From Octopus sinensis (lineage: Eukaryota): a stretch of 64,000 nt of DNA. A program made the position numbers and the translations under genes. Where the stretch lies: NCBI RefSeq assembly GCF_006345805.1, contig NC_043014.1:24304001-24368000 (forward strand). Direction: 5' to 3'. The notes below the pieces were generated by a model. The model was not told where the DNA came from and did not search any database. It saw only the letters and a program-made list of their open reading frames with translations. This document shows, piece after piece, positions 13,001 through 23,841 of the stretch (positions within the stretch are counted from its first letter, which is position 1; every line of letters begins with the position of its first letter).

Positions 13001-14623
13001 AAGACCTATGATCAAGCACATTACAACCATGACCATCCAAGTATTATTTACCGTGTCTTTTCCATGTCTAAAGCAGTGGAAGTGTTTAACGGAGAATTAA
13101 CTGGCTCCTATATGTAGCATATCAAGCAACTATATAGAGACATCTTCATTACTTATACACACACACACACACATATCATTCAACTACAGTAGTAGTTGAA
13201 TAATATTCTTAAGGCTGCAATTTACTCACATGCAGCATCTTTCAGAGCTTTTCGTTAATTCAGTTCTTAACCAAATTGAAAACTGTTAACATTTTTGAAG
13301 ATGACTAGTCCCTAGCTACATTTTGGCATAAAATAAATTGAGATTTGATCCAGTAGAAAAAAGTTTACATCAAAATTTGTAGCAATGTTATAGGAGAGTA
13401 AGTAATACCACCAATCAAGTTTAGATCTAAATAACTTTTTTTATTTTTAAAGTAAAATATATTTATCTTAGCTTCAATGATTCATAGTTTTGGTTCCATG
13501 CAACAAAACTTTGTATCAGAAAAGTTGTATCATAAAAAAAGATATAAGTAAGACAAAAAATTGGATTTAAGTATAACTAAAAAAACAAACTATATTTTAA
13601 TTAAGCTTAAATAATAGAGCTCAATTCAAGGAATTTCATGGTATCGATCTCATATAATGAAGTTTTAAAAGAAAAACGTTATGAGTGTTTTTTTCTGAAA
13701 TCTGAGGGTGATAATATACTTCTATACTTTTTTATGAATATAGTTCTATAAGAAGACTTTTAATATATGTCATTGGCATGATTGAGGTAAGGAAAAAATT
13801 ATAAATGACACTGCTAATTGGTACATTTGACACATTATTAATTAGCGTAATAGCATAGCCTGGGAAAAACATGGATGACATAGAAAAATGCAAGCAAGAG
13901 AAATAATATTCTTAAGATTATAAACCTAGAAAATTACAGGACAAGTTATTACACTTGGAAAAGTTCAGAACAACTTATTATATTTCTTGTAAAGTATAGA
14001 ACAAGAAAATTTTTACTTAAAATATTGCAGCTAAGGATAATATTTCAATATTAAAAATTATTTTACTTTAATTTACAAAGTAACATATAATTAAAAAAGG
14101 TAGCATCATTTTGTTAAAATATTGACACTAGAATACTTAAAAAATGAGAGCTGGAAGTACTAGTATGGCTAAAGTTTTATGCAAAGTAGAATAGTGTATA
14201 TGGTAGGCAAATTCATTATGTAAAAAATAGGCATTGGATCCAAGACTATAAATGTGAAAACTTGACAATAATTCAAGCAAATTTTACTGTGAATTTGTTG
14301 TTATAGTTAGATTCTATTGCAATATATAACTAATTTTTGTATTATTCTATTTATTGTACTAACTAATTATGTACTACTATTATTTTTTACAACCTGTTTT
14401 CAAATTCCTAATTATTAATTAATAATTAAAACAATGAAGTTTTTAAAGTGCAAAAAATATTTTTATTGAGTTATTTTTCATTTTTAATAGAAGTAACAAG
14501 TAATAACAGATAGAAGCAATAACTTGTAATTAAATTTTTAGTTTTAATAAAAGCTAATATTTTCTAAATCTAAATATTTTATTTGAAATTTTATCCTTAG
14601 CTGCAATATTTTAAGTAAGAATT

Positions 14624-14851
14624 CTGAGTTCGGTTCCAGGCAGTGATCTGAATGATGATAATAATAATAATAATAATAATACCAACAACAACAACAATAA
14701 TAACAACATCGAAAAACACCTTAGGAATGAGAACCCAGGTTCGAAATTTCCCCAAGACACCTGATGAAGGCTAGAGGGCATATCAGCTGAAATGTTGTGT
14801 TAACAACAAAGAAGATGAGGACAAATATCTGTCAAATGTAAATAATGTAAA
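14624..14851 (+). mobile_element. Short non-autonomous Penelope-like element with (AAT/AAC)n head
   Basis: ~230-bp insert splitting the right arm of the 13860-14990 foldback; contains the minimal hammerhead; possible taa-aatt target duplication. Confidence 0.5.
14756..14801 (+). ncRNA. Penelope-type minimal hammerhead motif, probably degenerate
   Basis: GACAC-CTGATGA-a-GGCT(agagggcatatc)AGCT-GAAA-TG-TT-GTGTT: stem I GACAC/GTGTT, core intact. The palindromic GAAACGUH helix III reads GAAATGTT, consistent with a CpG decay. Confidence 0.55.
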
Positions 14852-15993
14852 TAAAATTTTCTTGTTCTGTACTTTACCATATGTAATAAGTTGACCTGAA
14901 CTTTTCCAAGTGTAATAACTTGTCCTGTAATTTTCCAGGTTTATAATCTTAAGAATATTATTTCTCTTGCTCACATTTTTCCATGTGTATATATATATAT
15001 ATATTCGCATTTAATGACACTTATAGTTTTCCTTTTTGGTGAAGCTTTGCAAACTGCTGTCTACATTAATTTTATATATATAGATATATATAAATAATTG
15101 AGATTCAGTTGAATTAGATACTTACATTGAAGCGCCAAGTTAATGCGGTATTATCCGTACAACTCAAAGTAAGGTGAATAAAATCAAATTAAAATAAGCA
15201 ACAGGATATCAAGAGGTGATGCAGTATGACCGATTCAATAAATAAATAGAATGTTTTAATCAGTTAGACACATTAATATAATTTTACTCAAATTCTCTAA
15301 TAGAGCAAGAAGAGGGAGAAAGTCCATGTTGCTACTAATGTGACTTAGAATATATTACACTTCTAAGAACTGTATGAAGTTTGTTAGGGCCATAGCTTGT
15401 AAAGGATTGTGGTTCACTTTTATTAGCATCTTGCCCCTTTAAAGGGGCACAATCATTTACAAGCTATGACCCTTACAAACTTCATACAGTTCTTAGAAGT
15501 GTAGTATATTCTGAGTCACATTAATAGTAACATGGACTTTCTCCCTCTTCTTGCTCTATTAGAGAATTTGAGTAAAATTATATTAATATGTCTAACTGAT
15601 TAAAACATTCTATTTATTGATGCAACTGAGGATAGCCCTGTATTTAAACTGATGTAATGATTGCATTTTTCAATTAAATGGAGCCGCTTAATATCCTGTT
15701 GCTTATTTTAATATATACATATATAAATATATATATAAATTTAAATTTAACAATTAAGGATAACCTCTTAATAAGGAATCTTAAGAAATTATCAGGTAGA
15801 TAGCGTGAAAAACCTCATAAGAGAAAAATTTCGAAAATAATTCTTTCTTATTGAACATATTAATTTATATATAGAGGGCATTATTATACATACATGCCTC
15901 ACGCTAAGAGGGACATCAGTCATTTCTACCAAAACATTTTACTAATCATACCCAATGCAACTTTTCAAAGCAAGACATTTAAAAAATGAATTT

Positions 15994-16057
15994 AGTCTTG
16001 TATCACCTGTGATTTCGTACTTACCGCAGAATTGCGACCATACTCATCAGCAAGACT
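15994..16057 (-). ncRNA. Type I hammerhead ribozyme, copy 1
   Basis: Minus strand reads AGTCTTG-CTGATGA-GTA(tggtcgcaattctgcggtaag)TAC-GAAA-TCA(cagg)TGA-T-A-CAAGACT: 7-bp stem I, intact CUGAUGA and GAAA core, G10.1-C11.1 pair, stem III with A15.1-U16.1, AUA cleavage triplet (cut between 16001 and 16000). Confidence 0.88.
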
Positions 16058-16349
16058 GATTCTGAATATATCATAAATAAACGACCTGTACCGTTGAAGT
16101 CGAACAGCCATCTGCTCTCTTCCAACGAAGCACATGGAGAAGTTTACATATCATACATCCGGTAAATGGCGGGCTTCTTCGAATTGCATTTCGGATAGGA
16201 AAATTTTTTTCGGAATAAATTTAAATTTAACAATTAAGGATAACCTCTTAATAAGGAATCTTAACAAGAAATTATCAGGTAGATAGCGTGAAAAACCTCA
16301 TAAGAGAAAAATTTCGAAAATAATTCTTTCTTATTGAACATATTAATTT

Positions 16350-17162
16350 CTGATGTTCACAGCAAGTCAATATTTTTTTCTCTCCCTATCTTCCGTATCT
16401 CGCACAACTTACATACATTTGCCGCTAATCGTTTTTAAATGTTTGAACTTATACACTAACGAGCTTGCCTTCCCTATCTTATTCTTTCTCTACGAAATTT
16501 AATCCCTTAAGATACCCTCTATCTTTCTCTACGAAGTTTAATTCGATCTTCGCCACGCTTTCCCTATCTTTATCTTTCTCTACGAAGTTTAATTCGATCT
16601 TCGCCACGCTTTCCCTATCTTTATCTTTCTCTACGAAGTTTAATTCGATCTTCGCCACGCTTTCCCTATCTTTATCTTTCTCTACGAAGTTTAATCCGAT
16701 CTTCGCCATTCGCGGTATCTTCTTCAAAAACGAAATCGCCATTACCATTCCCAAATTCAAACTTCCTTCTTCTCCAAATCAGAGACTTCCGGTCAATCCA
16801 TCTAAAGGCACCTGGTCCCCGCCACCCCTATCATTCTTCCTGATCACTGATGTTCACAGCAAGTCAATATTTTTTTCTCTCCCTATCTTCCGTATCTCGC
16901 ACAACTTACATACATTTGCCGCTAATCATTTTTAAATGTTTGAACTTATACACTAACGAGCTTGCCTTCCCTATCTTATTCTTTCTCTACGAAATTTAAT
17001 CCCTTAAGGTACCCTCTATCTTTCTCTACGAAGTTTAATTCGATCTTCGCCATGCTTTCCCTATCTTTATCTTTCTCTACGAAGTTTAATTCGATCTTCG
17101 CCACGCTTTCCCTATCTTTATCTTTCTCTACGAAGTTTAATCCGATCTTCGCCATTCGCGGT
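16350..17162 (+). repeat. 497-bp tandem duplication with internal 51-bp minisatellite at the RTE 5' end
   Basis: Copies start at 16350 and 16847 (ORF offset 16465/16962 = 497); the 51-bp unit gives the 17-aa FSTKFNSIFATLSLSLS repeat; the second copy has one fewer unit. Confidence 0.9.
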
Positions 17163-20100
17163 GCTCCCGCCCTTTCCCACCCCCACCACCAATACCGGTG
17201 AACACTGTTCACACCATCTACACCGGATATTCCCTCCTCCCTCCTCCTCCACCACCATCACGTGTCTCTCCCTCCTACCCCTCCTCCTCACATGCTTTCA
17301 CTGTGTACTACACCTCCCCCCACCAAGACAAGCAACTAGCGCCACAGCTCATCAACCGCCCCACTGATCTTACGTTCCTCCTGTTTTGAATCTGTCACCG
17401 CCTCAACCGGCTATCTCCTTCCAGTCCCCCCCCTCGTGATATCCTATGTTTTTATCTCTTACGAACCTGTTCCAACCCCTCCCTGTCATCGTTCTTCCTT
17501 ACCCCAACCTTCCCTGCTGGTGCTTCCCTATATTACCTGCACCCCCCCACTTTCTCTCCCTCTCTTCTCACTGGTGGAACCTTTCTCAGCTGGACCCCCC
17601 CCCCCAACTCAACTCTAGAATATCTGTGTTTTTCCTCCTTCCTACACTGCCTAATTACGTTACTCAGTGACGATAACGCTTGCTTAGAATGCTAATTTCA
17701 ATAATTTCAGCCTTTCTGCCACATCTACATCATCAATGACCTTAACGCTTATGCCTACAACACTGCTAACACCAGCTCCTGCCCACGGCAGGTCCACAAT
17801 CTTAACATGCCTACAATGCTTGAATGTTGTCAGGTCGGAAGAGAGATCAGAAGAAAAATGCCACGGAAACCATCACCACCACAACAACCCTCTTCTTCTC
17901 AGGCACTGAATTGCCCCCCTCCCCCCCATATCTCCTTCCCAGTTTTCAGAGTTGGCACTATCAATATTGGTACATTGAAAGGCAGGTCTAGTGAGATTGT
18001 AGAGATGCTAGAGAGAAGACAGGTTGATCTATGCTGCATACAAGAGGTAAGATGGAGAGGTGCTTCAGCTAGGGTCCTCACAGGCAAGGCACTTAGGTAC
18101 AAACTCTTCTGGCAAGGTAACATGGAAGGTGTAGGGGGTGTAGGCATTCTCCTTGCGGAGAAATGGGTGGATAAGGTCATAGAGGTTGTCAGGGTTTGCG
18201 ATAGAGTGCTCAAGCTCAGGTTGGTCCTACAGAGTGGCACAGCTACGATTATCTCCGCCTATGCCCCACAAGCGGGACTACCAAATGATTTGTGGGTGGA
18301 GATTTTAATGGGCATGTTGGGCGGGAATCGGGTATCTTCACTGGGGTACACGGTGGCCATGGTATTGGCACCAGAAATGATGAGGGAACTAGACTGCTGG
18401 AATTCTGTGATGCATGTAACCTTTCAATCTGCAACACTAACTTCAAGAAGCCTGACTGCCACCTTATAACCTATCAGTCAGGAGACTCCGCTAGCCAAAT
18501 AGACTTCATCCTCACCAGACAGCGGGATGCAGGGTCACTCTTGAATACAAAGACCCTCCCGGGTGAAGAATGTATCCCTCAGCATAGACTAATCATCAGT
18601 GACTTTAAGCTTGAGGCCAGAAGGACTCCAAGAAACAAACCAATCCAGAAAAGAAGGATTTGGAGGCTAAAGAACCCTTCACATGGTCAGAAATTTAGGG
18701 ACATACTCATCAAGAAATTTGATGAGAGGGAGGAGGAGCTCCAGACGTCAGACATAGAAGGTAGCTGGGAATTCCTACAGGACAGCTTGCTGAGTGCCAC
18801 AGACCGAGTCTGTGGATGGTGCAAAGTCCCTTCCAGACCTAGAGTTACGTGGTGGTGGAATAGTGCAGTAGATAAAGCCATTAGTGCAAAGAGACGGGCC
18901 TGGAGGGATGGGGGCAGCAGGGAACTGTACCAGGCAGCCAAAAGGGAGGCTGGGCGGCAGGTATACATAGCCAAAGATGTAGCAGAAAAGAAGAAGTTTG
19001 CCAATGTCCAGCGACGTGAGGACCAAAGAGCTGAGGTATTTCGGATTGCCAGACAGTGTGTCAGAGAAAATAGTGATGTTACAGGAGAGAAATGTGTCCG
19101 CGTGGATGATGGGGCACTTGCTTTTACTGTTAGTGAAAAGAAAGAGGCTTGGAGAAGCCATTACGAAAGACTGCTGAACGAGGAGAATGAATGGGAGGAG
19201 GAGAGCCTGCCAACTGTTGACCCAGTAGAGGGACTAGCTACCCGAATAGACAGCTCCCTTGTAGATAAGGCAATTAAGGATATGAAACCAGGCAAAGCCC
19301 CTGGCCCATCAGGAATCACTGCTGAGATGCTTAAAACAGCTGCCTATGTGGGCTATGGCATAGTCACCCGCATTGTAAACCAGGTAGTTCACAATGGAGT
19401 CATACCCAATGACTGGCGTAGCAGCACCATAGTCAACTGCTACAAGGGTAAGGGTGATGCTCTAGATAGAAATAATTACAGGGGTATCAAACTGTTGGAC
19501 CAGGTGATGAAGGTCACAGAGAGGGTCATAACCCATCTCATTAGGGAGAGAATTTGCTTAGATGAAATGCAGTTCGGTTTTGTGCCAGGTAGAAGCACCA
19601 CTGATGCTATATTCCTGGTCCGACAACTGCAGAAGTACCTAGCTAAAGATAAACCCCTCTACATAGCCTTTGTGGACTTGGAGAAAGCCTTTGACAGGGT
19701 TCCCTGTTCCCTTATCTGGTGGTCGATGCGGAAACTGGAGATTGACGAATGGCTAATAAGGGCTGTACAGGCTCTATACAGAGAGGCTGCCAGCAAGGTT
19801 AGGATTGGCAACGAATATAGTGAAGAATTCCGGGTAGAAGTAGGTGTGCACCAGGGCTCAGCCCTCAGTCCCCTTCTATTCATCATAGTCCTCCAGGCAA
19901 TAACAGAGGAATTCAAAACAGGATGCCCCTGGGAGCTCCTCTATGCTGATGACCTGGCTCTCATAGCAGAATCACTACCGGAACTAGAAAAGAAATTTCA
20001 GGTGTGGAAGCAAGGGTTAGAATCAAAGGGCCTTAGAGTAAATGTAGCAAAGACCAAAGTAATAGTAAGCAGCAAGGCGTACTCAGCACACACCCCCTCG

Positions 20101-21351
20101 GGTAGGTGGCCCTGCTCAATCTGTAGGAAAGGTGCAGGTAGAAACTCCATAAGATGCACCCAATGTAAGCTATGGACGCACAAGAGGTGCAGCAACATTA
20201 AAGGGAAATTAACAGATAAGATAGCTTTCATGTGCGGCAGATGCACAGGGACAATAGACACCACAGACACTCAGAAAACAGATTCCATCACACTCCAGGG
20301 AGAGAAACTAGAAGTAGTTGATAGTTTCCGCTACCTGGGTGACCAAGTTAGTAGCGGAGGTGGATGCACAGAGAGTATCACCACTAGAATACGAATAGCC
20401 TGGGCAAAGTTCAGAAAGCTCCTACCCCTACTGGCGAAAAAGGGTCTCTCCCTCAGAGTGAAAGGTAGACTGTATGATGCATGTGTGCGAACTGCCATGC
20501 TTCACGGTAATGAAACATGGGCTATGACTGCAGAGGACATGCGTAGACTTGAAAGAAATGAAGCTAGCATGATCCGCTGGATATGTAATGTCAGTGTGCA
20601 CGCACGACAGAGTGTAAGCATCCTGAGAGAAATGCTGGATATAAGAAGCATCAGATGTGGTGTGCAAGAGCGACGCTTGCGATGGTATGGTCATGTGCTG
20701 CGGATGGATGAGGAGAGATGTGTGAAGAAGTGCCACTCCCAAACAGTTGAAGGTATCAGGGGGAGAGGTAGACCCAGGAAGACATGGGATGAGGCAGTCG
20801 AGCATGACCTCAGAACGTTGGGCCTCACTGAGGCAATGGCGAAGGACCGAGATCTCTGGAGATATGCTATGACTGCAAAGACCCGGGCTGCTTCCTGCAT
20901 CAGTTCCGCATAGCCCCTGCCCATTCAAAGTACCCCGGATCCCAGATTGTCCCGCTGTGCTTGAGGAGACCTGTTGAGTCAAGTACATGAACACTCCGAA
21001 CACCCCTCCCCACTGGTGCTCCCCTATATTTCTGCACCCTCCCCCCCACATAAAAAGCACCATCCGAACGTGGCCGATGCCAGCACTGCCCCGACTGGCT
21101 TCTGTGCAGGTGGCACATAAAAAGCACCAACCGACCGTGGCCGATGCCAGACCCCTCTGGCACCTGTGCAGGTGGCACGTAAGAAGCACCCACTACACTC
21201 GCGGAGTGGTTGGTGTTATGAAGGGCATCCAGCTGTAGAAACACTGCCAGACCAGACTGGAGCCTGGGGCAGCCCCTGACTCCCCAGACCCCGGTCGAAA
21301 CCGTCCAACCCGTGCTAGCGCGGAAAACGGACGTTAAACGATGATGATGAT
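16350..21351 (+). mobile_element. Near-full-length RTE-clade LINE, defective
   Basis: APE (GTINIGTL, CCIQEVRW, GDFNGH, SQIDFIL) in ORFs 17807-18469 and 18292-20913, joined by a deletion/frameshift near 18282; RT (GVHQGS, LLYADD, FRYLG); 3' tail ...ggacgttaaac(gat)n. Junctions show 7 bp of target (atatata) deleted and no TSD. Confidence 0.93.
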
Positions 21352-21471
21352 GAGGGCATTATTATACATACATGCCTCACGCTAAGAGGGACATCAGTCA
21401 TTTCTACCAAAAAATTTTACTAATCATACCCAATGCAACTTTTCAAAGCAAGACATTTAAAAAATGAATTT

Positions 21472-21535
21472 AGTCTTGTATCACCTGTGATTTCGTACTT
21501 ACCGCAGAATTGCGACCATACTCATCAGCAAGACT
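21472..21535 (-). ncRNA. Type I hammerhead ribozyme, copy 2
   Basis: Identical to 15994-16057 at offset 5478; predicted cut between 21479 and 21478. Confidence 0.88.
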
Positions 21536-21889
21536 GATTCTGAATATATCATAAATAAACGACCTGTACCGTCGAAGTCGAACAGCCATCTGCTCTCTTC
21601 CAACGAAGCACATGGAGAAGTTTACATATTATACATCCGGTAAATGGCGGGCTTCTTCGAATTGCATTTCGGATAGGAAAATTTTTTTCGGAATAAATTT
21701 AAATTTAACAATTAAGGATAACCTCTTAATAAGGAATCTTAACAAGAAATTATCAGGTAGATAGCGTGAAAAACCTCGTAAGAGAAAAATTTCGAAAATA
21801 GTTCTTTCTTATTGAACATATTAATTTATATATAGAGGGCATTATTATACATACATGCCTCACGCTAAGAGGGACATCAGTCATTTCTA

Positions 21890-21929
<40 letters not shown>

Positions 21930-22145
21930 ATATGTTACATTACTCAATAGTCAAGATAAAACTGTGAGTTTCAGATGCCGAAGTGGAAATTAACTTCGGC
22001 ATCTGAAACTCAGAGTTTTATCTTGACTATTGAGTAATGTAACATATTATTTTATAGAGAAATTTCCTCTATTCACATAATATTGAGGTCTCTTTCTTTC
22101 TTTTGTTATCGTACCGTTTTTACCAATATATATATATATATATAC

Positions 22146-22546
22146 TCTCTCTTTTACTCTTTTACTTGTTTCAGTCATTTGACTGCGGCCATGCTGGAGC
22201 ACCACCTTCAGTCGAGCAAATCGACCCCGGGACTTATTCTTTGTAAGCCCAGTACTTATTCTATCGGTCTCTTTTGCCAAACCGCTAAGTGACGGGGACG
22301 CAAACACACCAGCATCGGTTGTCAAGCAATGCTCGGGGGACAGACACAGACACACAAACACACACACATACATACATATATACGACAGGCTTCTTTCAGT
22401 TTCCGTCTACCAAATCCACTCACAAGGCATTGGTCGGCCCGGGGCTATAGCAGAAGACACTTGCCCAAGATGCCACGCAGTGGGACTGAACCCAGAACCA
22501 TGTGGTTGGTTAGCAAGCTACTTACCACACAGCCACTCCTGCGCCT
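22146..22546 (-). mobile_element. Full-length tRNA-derived SINE with central microsatellite
   Basis: A box TGGCTGTGTGG, B box GGTTCAGTCC, central (TG)n, tail atgactgaaacaagtaaaaga. Family copies at 2960-3090(-), 4505-4627(-), 29000-29300(-), 31960-32075(-), 33550-33700(+) and 54330-54690(+). Confidence 0.85.
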
Positions 22547-23413
22547 ATATATATATAATGATAAATCTCAGAGCGAGTTATAAACAGTAGCAGCAACACA
22601 TCGTGACGTATATTTGCCATTTGAATATGGCTAACCCCTAAGGGTGGATGCTACTGTAGTTTGTAGCCCCAGGAGGACACCTCCTCCAGCTGGCTATAGA
22701 CACACTTTCTGTGCCCTATATATATATATATGGTGTGCTATGTGAATTTATGGAAAGGTATCCCATAGAACTTAACAAATTTGTTGAGTTCTATGGGATA
22801 CCTTTCCATAAATTCACATAACACACCACATACAAGTATTATTTTCATATCTACCATCAAAATATGAAGAATCTTTATTAGAAATCAGTTTTTGGAATCC
22901 TCCAAAATAAAAAAGAAGAAATATAATTCAACCTTTTCACACACACACATACACATATATACTTGGAAATTGATGTGACGCATTCAATTAAATAATAAAT
23001 AATATATATATAAATTATTTATTATACACACACACACACACACACCATATCATCTTAAAAAAGGGCACATCGAATAATGTAGTCCTAGATACACTATGTC
23101 TGGTAAAAAAAATGGTTGCAACTGAGATACTTTTGATCGAAGGTTTCTTGTATCAGTGCTGTTCTCTAGGTTAAACAATCACAGTATGTACTTTTTTTTA
23201 AATATTCATCCAGAAAGGAACTTGAAAGAGTTGCAAATAGTCCTTTATTGATCAAAGTGAGTGGTGTATGATAGAATTGAATTAACCAGACCAAATGCTA
23301 AGCAACAACTAGTGCTATTAGATATCTTCTAACTGCTATTAGATGTCTTCTTAACTTTTTTGTTTTCTCCTTTATTTAAATTCCATTTGTGTGTGTTCTG
23401 CTTCCTCTTACAG

Positions 23414-23560
23414 AAAAATGCTGAAATTGCTGTCAGTGATATGCTTCATTCTATTGCCAAAGAGACAAGAAAACGTACTGGAAGCACTCAGCTGTTTGCT
23501 GAGGACTTTATGGATGATGGGTCATGTATTCGACTGCGAGTTAATATAAATGAGAGCAAG
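23414..23560 (+). CDS. OPLAH: 5-oxoprolinase exon 2
   Basis: KNAEIAVSDMLHSIAKETRKRTGSTQLFAEDFMDDGSCIRLRVNINESK (NAExAVxDML, EDxMDDGS motifs); ttacag/gtttgt; 147 nt; follows a 20,918-bp intron. Confidence 0.93.
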
Positions 23561-23609
23561 GTTTGTTATAATTTTGTTGCAGTGATGTGAACATAATATA
23601 TGTTCACAT

Positions 23610-23841
23610 CAGTGGTTCTCGATTGGGGTCCATATAAGATTTTGTTGTTAAAATTCATGTGCAATAAATTACTTCTACTTCTACAATATGCAAAATATTA
23701 AAATTTTTTTAATATCATTCCTAATAGCTATTATAAAAATATAGTGGGACTTTTTTATATACATTGAATGCCTATGAAGGTCCAGTAATGTAAAATAGGA
23801 ATCAAAGGAGTCCATAGGCAAAAAGTGGTTGAGAAGCACTG
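23610..23841. mobile_element. Old hAT-type MITE
   Basis: TIRs CAGTGGTTCTC/GAGAAGCACTG; 8-bp flanks gttcacat/atctacat match at 5 of 8. Confidence 0.6.

Larger units (their letters stand above)
15735..21892 (-). mobile_element. Retrozyme-like ~483-bp tandem array (~2.4 units) interrupted by an RTE LINE
   Basis: Unit 1 ~15735-16214; unit 2 16215-16349 plus 21352-~21692; partial unit 3 to 21892. Units are nearly identical, the two complete units each carry a hammerhead, and the array has (TA)n on both sides. Confidence 0.8.

Noticed and set aside
16500-16715. CRISPR-like appearance of the 51-bp repeats (also the 107-bp array at 28565)
   Set aside because: Head-to-tail units with no unique spacers, no cas genes, eukaryotic context.
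16465-17212. Repeat-protein ORFs on both strands (FSTKFNSIFATL / KIELNFVEKDKDRES)
   Set aside because: Consequence of a 51-bp (3n) stop-free minisatellite; no other coding evidence.
17899-21244. Antisense and alternate-frame ORFs over the RTEs and Tx1 (also 58435-59632, 60357-62432)
   Set aside because: Shadow ORFs of GC-richer LINE coding sequence.
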